Shown here: positions 46,552 through 60,011 of the stretch, piece after piece
Layout of the letters: each line of letters begins with the position of its first letter
Numbering within the stretch: the first letter of the stretch is position 1
Source: an uncultured Myxococcales bacterium
GTDB lineage: Bacteria; Myxococcota_A; Bradymonadia; UBA7976; UBA1532
Reading direction: 5' to 3'
Assembly: GCA_903847385.1 (NCBI GenBank)
Contig: CAINDO010000440.1
Coordinates: 6,129 to 70,128, forward strand
DNA: 64,000 nucleotides
Position numbers and translations under genes: made by a program
The notes under the pieces: generated by a model
Seen by the model: the letters and a program-made list of their open reading frames with translations, nothing else
What the model was told of the DNA's origin: nothing
Database searches by the model: none

Positions 46552-48078
46552 ATGTCGAGTCGGACGCGTCGTCGTGGATTGTTCATGGGGCTCGCATTGG
46601 CCGGAGCCGCCGGGTGTTCCGCCGTGGTCGACTTCGACCAGTGCTCGACCAACGAGGACTGCAAGGCCGGCCAACTCTGCGATCCTCAGAGCCACGGTTG
46701 CTACGACGGCGAGGCCACGGGCGGCACTGGCGGGCAAGGCGCCGGCGGCGAGGCCACGGGCGGCAACGGCGGACAGGGCGCGGGCGGCGCGGTGAACCCC
46801 GCGGGCAAGGACTTCGGCGAGGCCTGCGAGCGCGACGTCGAGTGCAGGAGCAGCTTCTGCTCCCCGAACGACGCACGCTGCACGCGCGAGTGCGCTCAGG
46901 ACAACGACTGCCCGGGCGAGGCCAGCCTGGTGCGCTGCGCCGACGGCGCCTGCGCCTTCAACATCGCCTCGGCCCTCCCCGAGCCGGTCAAGGTCGGTTT
47001 CCTCTACGTCGGGCCCGTGGCCGACTTCGGCTGGACGAAGACCCACGACGACGGCCGCAAGGCGCTCGAGCGCTTCTTCACGGACAAGGGCATCGCCGTC
47101 GAGACGACCTTCGAGCCGGCCGTGGCGCCCGAGGCCGCGCCCTCGGTCATCGACAACATGCTGGCCAACGAGGTCGACGTGGTCGTCGGCACGAGCTTCG
47201 ACTTCGTCCCGGCCCTTCAGGAGGCCTCCGGGGCGCACCCCCACGTGCGTTTCCTGTCCTGCTCCGGCTTCGTGACCGCGGACGAGAAGGACAAGAACCT
47301 CGGCTCCTACTTCGGCAAGATGCAGCAGGCCGTGTACCTGGCCGGCAAGATGGCCGCCAAGGCCAGCAAAACCAAGGTGGTCGGCGTCATCGGCTCGGTG
47401 CCCATCCCCGAGCTCGTCCGCCACATCAACGCCTTCGCCATCGGCGCGCGGCAGGAGAAGCCGGACATCGAGGTCCAGGTCCGCTGGGTGGACGCCTTCT
47501 TCGCCCCCGACAAGGAGGAGGCCGCCGCCGAGGAGCTCATCGCCGCCGGCGCGGACGTCATCTGGTCCTCCACGGACACCCAGATCGCCATGCAGGTGGC
47601 CAAGCGCAGCCAGACGGCGGCCGGCGACCCGGTCTACGCGCTCGGCAACGACAACCCCAACGCCTGCGACTTCGCGCCGGACATCTGCATCACCACGCCT
47701 TACTGGAACTGGGGCCCCGTGCTCATCCAGCAGGTGCAGGGCATGCTCGACGGCACCTGGGACTACCGAAACCTCATCTGGGAGGGCATCAAGGGCGACA
47801 GCGAGGAGAGCATGGTCTACCTTGCGCCCGTGAACGGCGACATCCTGCCCAATGCCGCGCTGGACGTGGAGACCCTCATCCAGCAGATGGCGCAGGGCAC
47901 GCTCGACCCGTTCGATGGTCCCTTGAACGACAACACGGGGCGCGAACGCGTGGCCGCCGGCGAGCGCGTCTCGGACTCCGAGTCGCTGAGCATGTGCTGG
48001 TTCGCCGAGGGCATCTTCGAGCCCGGCACGAACCATATGCCGGCCACCGTGCCCCCCTTGTGCGACGGCACCCGCTAG
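46552..48078 (+). CDS. BMP-family (PnrA/Med-like) substrate-binding lipoprotein with Cys-rich N-terminal extension
   Basis: AAGGAGG RBS; lipobox AAGC; KVGFLYVGPV.D.GW...HD.GR, GTSF, YLAG.MAA, INAF.IGA, WNWGP. Confidence 0.88.
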   Translation: MSSRTRRRGLFMGLALAGAAGCSAVVDFDQCSTNEDCKAGQLCDPQSHGCYDGEATGGTGGQGAGGEATGGNGGQGAGGAVNPAGKDFGEACERDVECRSSFCSPNDARCTRECAQDNDCPGEASLVRCADGACAFNIASALPEPVKVGFLYVGPVADFGWTKTHDDGRKALERFFTDKGIAVETTFEPAVAPEAAPSVIDNMLANEVDVVVGTSFDFVPALQEASGAHPHVRFLSCSGFVTADEKDKNLGSYFGKMQQAVYLAGKMAAKASKTKVVGVIGSVPIPELVRHINAFAIGARQEKPDIEVQVRWVDAFFAPDKEEAAAEELIAAGADVIWSSTDTQIAMQVAKRSQTAAGDPVYALGNDNPNACDFAPDICITTPYWNWGPVLIQQVQGMLDGTWDYRNLIWEGIKGDSEESMVYLAPVNGDILPNAALDVETLIQQMAQGTLDPFDGPLNDNTGRERVAAGERVSDSESLSMCWFAEGIFEPGTNHMPATVPPLCDGTR

Positions 48079-48098
48079 GAGCCGACCCCGGCGTCCCC

Positions 48099-49241
48099 AT
48101 GGCCCCTCCCCCGCGCGGCGTCCTGCCGTCCCTGCTCCTCCAGCAAGTCCGAAACACCGCCGACTGGGCATTCCCCGACCACGCCGACACGGGCTGGATC
48201 CGCGCGCTCGTGGTCGCCCCGGCCCTGGACGAGCGCTACACGACCGCCGAGGCGCGCCCGGACTGGCTGCGCGTGCTCCTGGCGGCCCACCAGGCCACGG
48301 TGGGCACGTTCGTTCCGACGGACGTGGACTCCCAGATCCGCCACCACGTGTGGGCGGCCTGCCGCAACGTGGACGAGCTGCGCGCCCTGGCCGCGGTGTC
48401 CGCCGAGGTCCTCGATTGGGACCCGCGCCCGGTCTCGGCTCGCACGGTGGACCTGGGCGCCGATGGGGTGCTCTCGGGCCACGCCGGCGAGTGGCTGAGC
48501 GTGCAGGCCGGCGCCCTCGGCCGCGCGCTCGCTTTGGGCTGCGCGGACGTCGCCGACGCGCAGATCGCCGCGATCGAGGCCGAGCTGCAGCGCGAGGCCC
48601 GCGCGGTGACCGCGTGCACACAACGCAAACCCGGCGCCGAGCAGGAGGCCTGCTGCATCATCGTCACGGTGGCCCACAACCTGGGCGACCTGAGCCGCGT
48701 GATCGAGGCCTGGCCCGCCGGCACGCCCCGCACGGACGAGTTCAAGGCGCGCTTCACCCGCCTGGGGCACGAGGATCCGCGCCGCTTCGGGGGCGCCTTC
48801 GTGCTCGCCGGCGAGATCAACAAGGCCGTGATGGCCCTCGAGAGCCACCGCTACCTGCCCCTGCGGCCGGCGCGGGCGCTGCGGGCGAGCCGCTCGCTCC
48901 TGCTGCCGTTCCCGCCGTTCCTGGACGCGTGGGGCGCCCACCTGGCCCGCGCGCTGGACGCCGACGGCGTGGCCGAGGTGGTCGCGGCCCTGCACGAGGG
49001 GCACGCGCAGTATCCGCGGCAGACGGCCTGGGCGCGGGCGTTGTGCGGCCTCGAGGGCGCTCTCCCCGGCGGCCTGGGCCGCGCGCTGGGTCAGACCGCG
49101 GCGCGCCTGAAGAAGCTCACCGTGGCCGGCCCCGTGCGCGAGCTGATGTCCGTGGACCGCGAGCGCTTCGAGGCCCGCTGGGCCAAGAGCTTCCGCACGG
49201 CGCTGGACGCGGCGCGGAAGAGCCCGAGCCTCCGGGCCTGA
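48099..49241 (+). CDS. Conserved-looking hypothetical protein
   Basis: GC3-biased ORF with motif-like stretches (TFVPTDVD..IRHH.W, LSGH.GEWLSV, HNLGDLSR). Confidence 0.65.
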   Translation: MAPPPRGVLPSLLLQQVRNTADWAFPDHADTGWIRALVVAPALDERYTTAEARPDWLRVLLAAHQATVGTFVPTDVDSQIRHHVWAACRNVDELRALAAVSAEVLDWDPRPVSARTVDLGADGVLSGHAGEWLSVQAGALGRALALGCADVADAQIAAIEAELQREARAVTACTQRKPGAEQEACCIIVTVAHNLGDLSRVIEAWPAGTPRTDEFKARFTRLGHEDPRRFGGAFVLAGEINKAVMALESHRYLPLRPARALRASRSLLLPFPPFLDAWGAHLARALDADGVAEVVAALHEGHAQYPRQTAWARALCGLEGALPGGLGRALGQTAARLKKLTVAGPVRELMSVDRERFEARWAKSFRTALDAARKSPSLRA

Positions 49242-49247
49242 GCGGCC

Positions 49248-50576
49248 TCAGGGCGTGGAGAGCTTCAGCGAGTAGGTGGTGCTGGCCTGGCGGAAGCCGA
49301 GCACCTTCACCAGCGCCGGGCCGCTGTGCTGGAACGCCTCGTGTCCGGTGGTGCCCTCGCTGCCGATGATGTTGCCGTTCACGCGCAGGGGCTCGTTCGT
49401 GGCCGGGTCCCAGACGTAGACGTCCAGGTCGGCCTGGGCGGCGTCGAAGTCGAGCTCGAACTGCCACGGGCCGGCCTCGCCGACCTGGTAGAAGTCGCCC
49501 ACGGCGTCGCACACGCCGCCCTGCACCGTGTCGCCGAGGGCGAGCGGCGTGGCCTGGGCCGGGCTGTCGTTGGGCTCGCCGGGCTCTTCGTCGGCGGGGC
49601 CGCAGTTGCCGTGGAACTCCACGGGCGGCGGGTTCTGCCAGTCGGCCTCGGGGTCGAGCGCGACGTCCACCAGCGAGCGGTCGCCGATGATGTCCGCGGT
49701 GGTGATGACCGTCATGTCGCGGCGCCGCACCACGTACACCGTCGGCAGCCCCTGCACCTCGGCGTTGTTCGTCAGGAACAGGTTGCCCGGCCGCGTGTCG
49801 AGATCGCCGACGCGGATGCCCGGGCCGTTGCCGATGAGCGAGGACAGGTGCTCGTAGGCGAAGTGGCTGTCCGTGGGCTCGTAGTTCATGTCCTGGAGCT
49901 CGACGTACACGATGCGACCGCCGGCGGCCTCGAAGGCCTCGGCCTCGGCGTTCAGGCGCATGGAGTAAGCGCTGCAGGCGCCGCACCAGGCCGCGCCGAG
50001 CACGAAGACGATCACGCTGACGTCCTCGTCGCAGGCCACGTCCTCGAGCTTGTAGGTGACCTGCCGGCCGTCGCCGGTGTAGGCGTTCTCCCAGTACATC
50101 GGCGGGATGGACTGGCCGAGCGCCATGCGCAGGTCGTAGTCGGGGTACTGGCAGGCCTTGCCGAGCTTGACCTCGCCCGAGACGTCCCCGAGCGAGGCGG
50201 TGATCGTCACGCTGCCGATCTTCTCGACGTGCACGCGGCCCTTGTCGCGGCCCTCGTTCTCCACGGTGGCGACGCTGGGGTCGCTCGACGACCAGGTGAC
50301 CGCGGCGGTGATGTCCTTGGTGGCGCCGCCGTACTCGCCCATGGCCTGCATCTGGCGAGAGCGGCCGGGCTGGATCTGCGGGGCCTCGGGCAGGAGCTTG
50401 ATCGCCGTGAGGCCGACGGCCTCGGGCGGCAGGGCCGCGTCGGGCGATGCGGGGGTGCCGCCGGTGGCGGCCGCGTCGGCCGTGGACTCCGCGCCGCCGG
50501 CCGCGTCGCCGCCGTCGTCGCCCATGCAGCCCGCCAAGAACAAACCGACCAGTACCGCCTGCCGAGATCCGCGCAT
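49248..50576 (-). CDS. Lipoprotein: Big_2 Ig-like domain + thioredoxin-like (WCGAC) domain + PPC domain
   Basis: GGAGG RBS; lipobox LAGC; VTWSSSDPSVATV; GAAWCGAC...GLPT; EPND...A, D.Y, DLDVYV. Confidence 0.82.
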   Translation of the reverse strand: MRGSRQAVLVGLFLAGCMGDDGGDAAGGAESTADAAATGGTPASPDAALPPEAVGLTAIKLLPEAPQIQPGRSRQMQAMGEYGGATKDITAAVTWSSSDPSVATVENEGRDKGRVHVEKIGSVTITASLGDVSGEVKLGKACQYPDYDLRMALGQSIPPMYWENAYTGDGRQVTYKLEDVACDEDVSVIVFVLGAAWCGACSAYSMRLNAEAEAFEAAGGRIVYVELQDMNYEPTDSHFAYEHLSSLIGNGPGIRVGDLDTRPGNLFLTNNAEVQGLPTVYVVRRRDMTVITTADIIGDRSLVDVALDPEADWQNPPPVEFHGNCGPADEEPGEPNDSPAQATPLALGDTVQGGVCDAVGDFYQVGEAGPWQFELDFDAAQADLDVYVWDPATNEPLRVNGNIIGSEGTTGHEAFQHSGPALVKVLGFRQASTTYSLKLSTP

Positions 50577-50655
50577 GTCGCCTCCCCGATGGTGCGTTCG
50601 CCCCCGCGCGATGCGGGGAACCCTCAATCTACGGCAGGGGGCGGCGTCGGGCGAA

Positions 50656-50683
50656 GTTCAATCGTTCGATCGTTCAATCGTTC
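50656..50683. repeat. 8-bp-period tandem repeat overlapping the cutA stop
   Basis: gttc-aatc-gttc-gatc-gttc-aatc-gttc. Confidence 0.65.
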
Positions 50684-51003
50684 GGCCGCGTCTCGTTGAT
50701 CACCCACTCCAGGTAGGCGGGCAGCGACGCCGTGCCGTCCACGCGCAGCACCACGAACTCGGGGACCGTGTGGGGGTGCAGCGCCAGGATGCCCTCGCGC
50801 AGCGCCTCGACGCGGTCCGAGGCCGTCTTGATGAGCAGCGTGACCTCGGCGTCCGCGCGGACGCTGCCCTCCCAGCGGTACAGGCTCGTGACACCGGGCA
50901 GCAGGTTGACGCAGGCGGCCAGCCGCTGCTCCACGAGGGCGCGGGCCAGGGGCTCCGCCTGCTCGGCGGGGCAATTGCACAGAACGACGTTGATCGAGCT
51001 CAC
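50674..51003 (-). CDS. cutA: Divalent-cation tolerance protein CutA
   Basis: LARALVEQRLAACVN..P...S.Y.WEG.....E..L.IKT...HP..VPE. Confidence 0.93.
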   Translation of the reverse strand: MSSINVVLCNCPAEQAEPLARALVEQRLAACVNLLPGVTSLYRWEGSVRADAEVTLLIKTASDRVEALREGILALHPHTVPEFVVLRVDGTASLPAYLEWVINETRPND

Positions 51004-51233
51004 GGGGCACTCCTGGGGGCGGGCGTCGACCGCCTCGTTTCAACGCGGGTGGTGGTATCAGAGTGGACGGAGCCAGGCCACCCGGTTCTCATCGACCGAT
51101 CTCGGCGCCGACGTTCCGCGAGGGCCGCGCCTCGTTCGGGCGCGCTCGCGCGTCGGCTTGAAATCCTCGTCCTGCGTGCATACCGTGACGGAGCAGGGTG
51201 GGCGTGCAATCGACAGGAGCTGGAGTCCGCCAA

Positions 51234-51950
51234 ATGGATGCAACGGATGCGTGGAAAGCGCGCGGATGCGGGTCATTCGAACTCGCGGTCCTCACAATCG
51301 TCCTGGCGGCGTGCACGCAAAGCGCGGACATCAATCGTCACGATGCGGGAGAAGACGTGGCCGACGCGGCCCCGACGGCGCCTGAGCCCTACTCGTGTTT
51401 CACGGAGCCGAACGGCGAGACGAACTTCGAGCTTCCCCGGGAGAATCCGATGAACCGGTGCGTGGTCAACCCCTACCCGGAGGGGGGCGACTGCTACGCC
51501 TGCGCGCTCGAGCGGTGTTGCAGCCGCCTGCTGTGCTGCGGAGAGTCCGGCCGGGCCAGCTTCAACGTGCTGTACACCAGCCCGAAGGGCCATGTGCTCA
51601 CGAAGGTCGTGTATGGGTGCATCGTCACCCCGATGACTTGCATCCAGCAGTGTTTCGGCGACGCCGTGGCCGCTCGCGGCGAGACGCCGGGCGGTCGTGC
51701 GGCGTCCCGCGAAGTGGTCCTGTCGTGCGCCGAGCGCTGCATCGCCGCGACGATCGCGGACCCCCCGACCGGGGACGTCCCCAACCCCGAGTTCGCCGGC
51801 TACGCGCGCGACTGGGTCGAGTGCCTGCTGAGCGACGCGCCCGATCCGCTCGACGCCTACTTCTCGGCTCTGTCCTCGGAGGTGCCGGACGACCTGCCGC
51901 GGCCGTTCGCGGACACCTCGTGCGCGGAGGCCTGCTTCGCCGGGTATTGA
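51234..51950 (+). CDS. Cys-rich lipoprotein
   Basis: Lipobox LAAC after a hydrophobic stretch; C..C....CC module; start uncertain. Confidence 0.6.
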   Translation: MDATDAWKARGCGSFELAVLTIVLAACTQSADINRHDAGEDVADAAPTAPEPYSCFTEPNGETNFELPRENPMNRCVVNPYPEGGDCYACALERCCSRLLCCGESGRASFNVLYTSPKGHVLTKVVYGCIVTPMTCIQQCFGDAVAARGETPGGRAASREVVLSCAERCIAATIADPPTGDVPNPEFAGYARDWVECLLSDAPDPLDAYFSALSSEVPDDLPRPFADTSCAEACFAGY

Positions 51951-52037
51951 AGTCGCCCGTCGGCAGGCGGCGCGCCCCGCGCGAATCCAGGCGGATCCGG
52001 GTGGATTCCCGGCGCGCCTCTCGCTATATGCGGCCCC

Positions 52038-52772
52038 ATGAAGATGCCCAAGCGACTCGAACGCGTCTACGAAGGCCCCGAGGCCCTCGCCCGCCTGCTC
52101 CAGACCTCCGGCTGCAAACTCTCCGTGGACGAGGTGCAGGAGGAGTTCCTGGCGTCCCTGGAAGAGGGCACGCCCGCCGCCGAGATCATCCCGCTCCTGT
52201 GGGAGTCGGAGCCGCGCTTCAAGACCCCGGAGCTGGCCCGCCAGACCTTCAGCAATCTCTTCGGCCTCTGGGATCTCGTGGCCAAGGAGCTCGCCGGCGA
52301 CGAGGTCGTGCCCGAGCAGGACCCGGCCGAGCCGCTGAGCTCGACCTTCGTCGACCGCGCCTGGCTCGAGCTCGACGGCCTCTCCGACAAGGAGATCCGC
52401 CGCGCCCGGGACCGCTTCGACAACGTGCACCACGACCTGGCAGTGTGGACGTTCGAGCAGCTCAAGGGGTCGTCGTCGCTGGGTCAGGAGCTGGCGCTGG
52501 ACCTGGCCTTCGAGACCTTCTGGTTGTGCGAGCGGGCGCGCGGCGAGAAAGGCGTGCCCCGGGCCCGCCGCGAGGCGCTGGACGCCGCCCTGAACGACGC
52601 CGACCGCCTGGCCGAGGAGACGGAGCCGGCCCTGGCCTCGCTCGTCTCGGCGACCCTGTGGGAGCAGGCGGCGGACGAGGAGAACCCCCTGCCCGAGGCC
52701 GACATCCCGGCGATCGAAAATGTCCTGCGGGCGGCCCGCCAGGTGCTCGCCCCCCGCCCCGCCCAAGCCTGA
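52038..52772 (+). CDS. Hypothetical acidic helical protein
   Basis: GC3-biased ORF, no motif recognised. Confidence 0.65.
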   Translation: MKMPKRLERVYEGPEALARLLQTSGCKLSVDEVQEEFLASLEEGTPAAEIIPLLWESEPRFKTPELARQTFSNLFGLWDLVAKELAGDEVVPEQDPAEPLSSTFVDRAWLELDGLSDKEIRRARDRFDNVHHDLAVWTFEQLKGSSSLGQELALDLAFETFWLCERARGEKGVPRARREALDAALNDADRLAEETEPALASLVSATLWEQAADEENPLPEADIPAIENVLRAARQVLAPRPAQA

Positions 52773-52784
52773 GCGGGCCTCCGC

Positions 52785-56786
<4,002 letters not shown>

Positions 56787-56914
56787 CGTGCGACTCCCCG
56801 GATTCCCCCGAACCCGCAAACCCCGAATATCCGCCCGCGCGCACCACGACGCAATCTTACCCGCGCGTCGAATCACGGCGTGCGCGCCGCGAATTCGCGT
56901 GCGATCATGGGCGC

Positions 56915-57184
56915 ATGCTCAGCCTGCGTTTCACCCCAGCCCTCGTCGCCATCGCGCTCTTCACGGCCGCCGCCGCCTTCGCCCAGACCCCCGCCAGCGC
57001 CGCGCCCACGCTCGGCCCGCCGTCTGCTCGCGCCTTCGAAGAGCCCGGCCGGGTGAGCCCGCCCCCGCCCGCCGAGCGGCCGGCGTGGCTGCCGCTGATG
57101 TTCGTCGTCGGGCCCGCGCTGGGGGCCGGCGCCATCTTCCTGGCGTTGCGCCGGAACAAGCGGGGCGGTCCCCCGAGCGCCTGA
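56915..57184 (+). CDS. Small secreted/membrane-anchored protein
   Basis: Signal peptide ending AFA, Pro-rich middle, C-terminal TM followed by RRNKR. Confidence 0.55.
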   Translation: MLSLRFTPALVAIALFTAAAAFAQTPASAAPTLGPPSARAFEEPGRVSPPPPAERPAWLPLMFVVGPALGAGAIFLALRRNKRGGPPSA

Positions 57185-57244
57185 CCCGCGCGGCGCGCGG
57201 TCTGCAATTGCGGCGGCGCGGGCGGGCGACTAAGCTGCGCCCCC

Positions 57245-58225
57245 ATGTCCGCCTCCGACCCGACCCAGGACGACGCCCTCGTCGAACTCATCGCCCAGAC
57301 CGTCCGCGCCCGCCTCATGGCCGGGGGCACCGGACCGGGTTACACCCGCGAGCAACTGCCCGTGCTGTCGCCGGCCGCCAAGGCCCCGGTCAACACCGCC
57401 GGCATGACGCAGGAGCAGCTCCGCGAGACCCCCTGCCACGAGGACCCGACCGGGTGCTCGAGCTGCGGCATGTGTGTGGTCCGGCGCCCGTGGGACGCGC
57501 GGATCATCGTCGAGGAGGGCGCGGCCCGCATCGCCGCCGGCCCCGGCACGGGCAAACCCGAGGCCGGCCTGGCGCCGTACATCGACCATACGCTGCTCAA
57601 GCCCGAGGCCACCCGCGAGGAGTTCTTCAAGCTCGCCGAGGAGGCCCGCAAGTACAAGTTCGCCAGCGTGTGCGTGAACTCGGCCAACGTGCGCATGATG
57701 GCGCAGTTGCTCGAGGGCAGCGGCGTGCCGGTGTGCGCGGTCGTCGGGTTCCCCCTCGGCGCCATGACGCCCCACGCCAAGGCCTTCGAGACGCGTGAAG
57801 CCGTCCGCTGCGGCGCCCGCGAGATCGACATGGTGCTCAACATCGGCGCCATGAAGAGCCACGACTACGCCCTCGTCGAGTCGGACATCCGCGCCGTGGT
57901 GGACGCCGCCAAGCCCGTCCTGGTCAAGGTCATCCTCGAGACCTCCAAGCTCGACCAGGAGGAGAAGATCATCGCCTGCGCGCTCTCCAAGGCCGCCGGC
58001 GCCGCCTTCGTCAAGACCTCCACGGGCTTCGGCGGCGGTGGGGCGACCGCCGAGGACATCGCCCTGATGCGCCGCATCGTGGGCAAGGAGATGGGCGTGA
58101 AGGCCTCGGGTGGCATCCGCGACACGGCCACCGCCCAGCAGATGATCGCCGCCGGGGCCAGCCGCCTCGGCGCGAGCGCGTCCGTGGCCATCGTCACCGG
58201 CGCCAAGTCCAACGCGGCCTACTGA
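57245..58225 (+). CDS. deoC: Deoxyribose-phosphate aldolase with ~100 aa N-terminal extension
   Basis: [52 protein letters not shown]. Confidence 0.95.
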   Translation: MSASDPTQDDALVELIAQTVRARLMAGGTGPGYTREQLPVLSPAAKAPVNTAGMTQEQLRETPCHEDPTGCSSCGMCVVRRPWDARIIVEEGAARIAAGPGTGKPEAGLAPYIDHTLLKPEATREEFFKLAEEARKYKFASVCVNSANVRMMAQLLEGSGVPVCAVVGFPLGAMTPHAKAFETREAVRCGAREIDMVLNIGAMKSHDYALVESDIRAVVDAAKPVLVKVILETSKLDQEEKIIACALSKAAGAAFVKTSTGFGGGGATAEDIALMRRIVGKEMGVKASGGIRDTATAQQMIAAGASRLGASASVAIVTGAKSNAAY

Positions 58226-58284
58226 CCGGCCGCCCGACCCGGCCACCCTTCCCGCACTTCCATCGAGCATCACCGGAGACCACC

Positions 58285-58563
58285 GTGGGCAAGAAGATCA
58301 GCGTCACGCGCAAGCACAGCCTGGGCGTGGACGTCGCCAGCCAGAAGCTGAACGACCTGGCCGGCCAGTTCGCCGAGAAGTACGGCGTCAAGGCCGACAT
58401 CCGCGGGCCCCGCGCCCAGTTCAGCGGCAAGGGCGTCGAGGGCAACGTGCAGGTCACGGCCGACTCGGTCACCGTCAACCTGGAGCTCGGGCTGCTGCTC
58501 GGCGCGCTGTCCGGCAAGATCGAGGACGGCGTCCAGCGCCAGCTCGAGAAGCACTTCGCTTGA
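58285..58563 (+). CDS. Polyhydroxyalkanoic-acid-system family small protein
   Basis: I.V.R.H.LG...A, F.GKGV.G...V....V.V..ELG.LL.....KIE; GGAG RBS. Confidence 0.7.
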   Translation: MGKKISVTRKHSLGVDVASQKLNDLAGQFAEKYGVKADIRGPRAQFSGKGVEGNVQVTADSVTVNLELGLLLGALSGKIEDGVQRQLEKHFA

Positions 58564-60011
58564 GCGGCGCCGACCTGCTCGAGGTCGCGCTCGCCAGCGC
58601 CCGGTCCGCGGGCGCACGTTTCGTCGAGGCCCGCCTCGTCACCCGGACGCGCGAGCGCCTCGCCTTCAAGGACGGTGAGCTCGACGGCGCCGTGAACGAG
58701 TCGGACCGCGGCCTGGGCGTGCGCGCCCTGGTCGGCGACGCCTGGGGCTACGCCGGCACCAACCGGCTGGACCCCGCGGGCGTGCGCGCCGCCGCCGAGG
58801 CCGCCGTGCGCGCCGCCGGGGCCGCCCGCAGCGCCCGCGCCGTGGAGATCCCCCCGCCGGTCACGGGCCGTTACGCCACGCCGCTGGTCGAGGACCCCTT
58901 CGCCGTGCCGCTCTCGGACAAGATCGCGATCTTCCGCGAGGCGGACGCCGCCATGCGCGACGCCATGGGCGCCGAGCCGAGCTTCAAGGGCAGCCGCGGA
59001 GAGCTGTCGGCGCTGCGCATCGAGACGCACTTCCGCACGACGACGGGCACGGACATCGTGCAGCGCATCACCACCTGCGGCGCCAAGATCGCGGCCATCG
59101 CCGCCTCGGCGGACGACTTCCAGATGCGCAGCTGGCCCAAGAGCTTCGAGGGCAACGTCCGGCAGACGGGCTTCGAGTTCATCCGTGAGCTGGATCTGGT
59201 GCAGCACGCGCCGGAGATGGCCCGCGAGGCCGTGGCGCTGCTCTCCGCCGAGACCCTGCCCCCCGGAAAACGCACGCTCGTGCTCGATGGCTCCCAGCTC
59301 TCGCTGCAGATCCACGAGTCCGTGGGCCACCCGACGGAGCTCGACCGCGCCTTCGGCGAGGAGATCAGCCTGGCCGGCTCGAGTTTCCTCATCCCCGAGC
59401 GGCTGGACGCCCTGCGCTTCGGCTCCGAGCGCGTGAACCTGGTCGCCGACTCCACCTCGCCCCAGGGCCTGGGCACCTACGGCTTCGACGACGAGGGCAC
59501 GCCGGCCACCTGCGCGCCCCTGGTGCAGAACGGTCTCTTCGTCGGCTACCTGAGCGGCCGGGACGCCGCCGCGCGCCTGGGCCGCCCCTCGGCCAGTACG
59601 CTGCGCGCCGAGAGCTGGTACGGCCTGCCCATCGTGCGCATGAGCAACGTGAACCTGCTGCCCGGCGAAGGGTCCTTCGAGGACCTGATCGGCGGCGTGG
59701 ACGACGGCGTGCTGCTCTCGGCCAACAAGAGCTGGTCCATCGACGACCTGCGGCTGAACTTCCAGTTCGCCTGCGAGATCGCTTACGAGATCAAGGGCGG
59801 CCGGCGCACGGGACGCATCTTCAAGAACCCCGTGTACTGGGGCCGAAGCCCGGAGTTCTGGGGCAACTGCACCGCCATCGCCGGGCCCCAGGCCTGGGAG
59901 ATGTGGGGCTGGCTGTTCTGCGGCAAGGGAGATCCCGTGCAGATCATGCACGTGGGCCACGGCTGCGCGCCGGCCCGCTTCGACGACGTGAACTTCGGAG
60001 CCCGCTCGTGA
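58560..60011 (+). CDS. tldD: TldD metalloprotease subunit
   Basis: G.GVRAL....WGYA, HESVGHPTELDR (HExxxH), DDEG, RMSNVNL.PG, CGKG.P.Q...VGHG. Confidence 0.9.
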   Translation: MSGADLLEVALASARSAGARFVEARLVTRTRERLAFKDGELDGAVNESDRGLGVRALVGDAWGYAGTNRLDPAGVRAAAEAAVRAAGAARSARAVEIPPPVTGRYATPLVEDPFAVPLSDKIAIFREADAAMRDAMGAEPSFKGSRGELSALRIETHFRTTTGTDIVQRITTCGAKIAAIAASADDFQMRSWPKSFEGNVRQTGFEFIRELDLVQHAPEMAREAVALLSAETLPPGKRTLVLDGSQLSLQIHESVGHPTELDRAFGEEISLAGSSFLIPERLDALRFGSERVNLVADSTSPQGLGTYGFDDEGTPATCAPLVQNGLFVGYLSGRDAAARLGRPSASTLRAESWYGLPIVRMSNVNLLPGEGSFEDLIGGVDDGVLLSANKSWSIDDLRLNFQFACEIAYEIKGGRRTGRIFKNPVYWGRSPEFWGNCTAIAGPQAWEMWGWLFCGKGDPVQIMHVGHGCAPARFDDVNFGARS

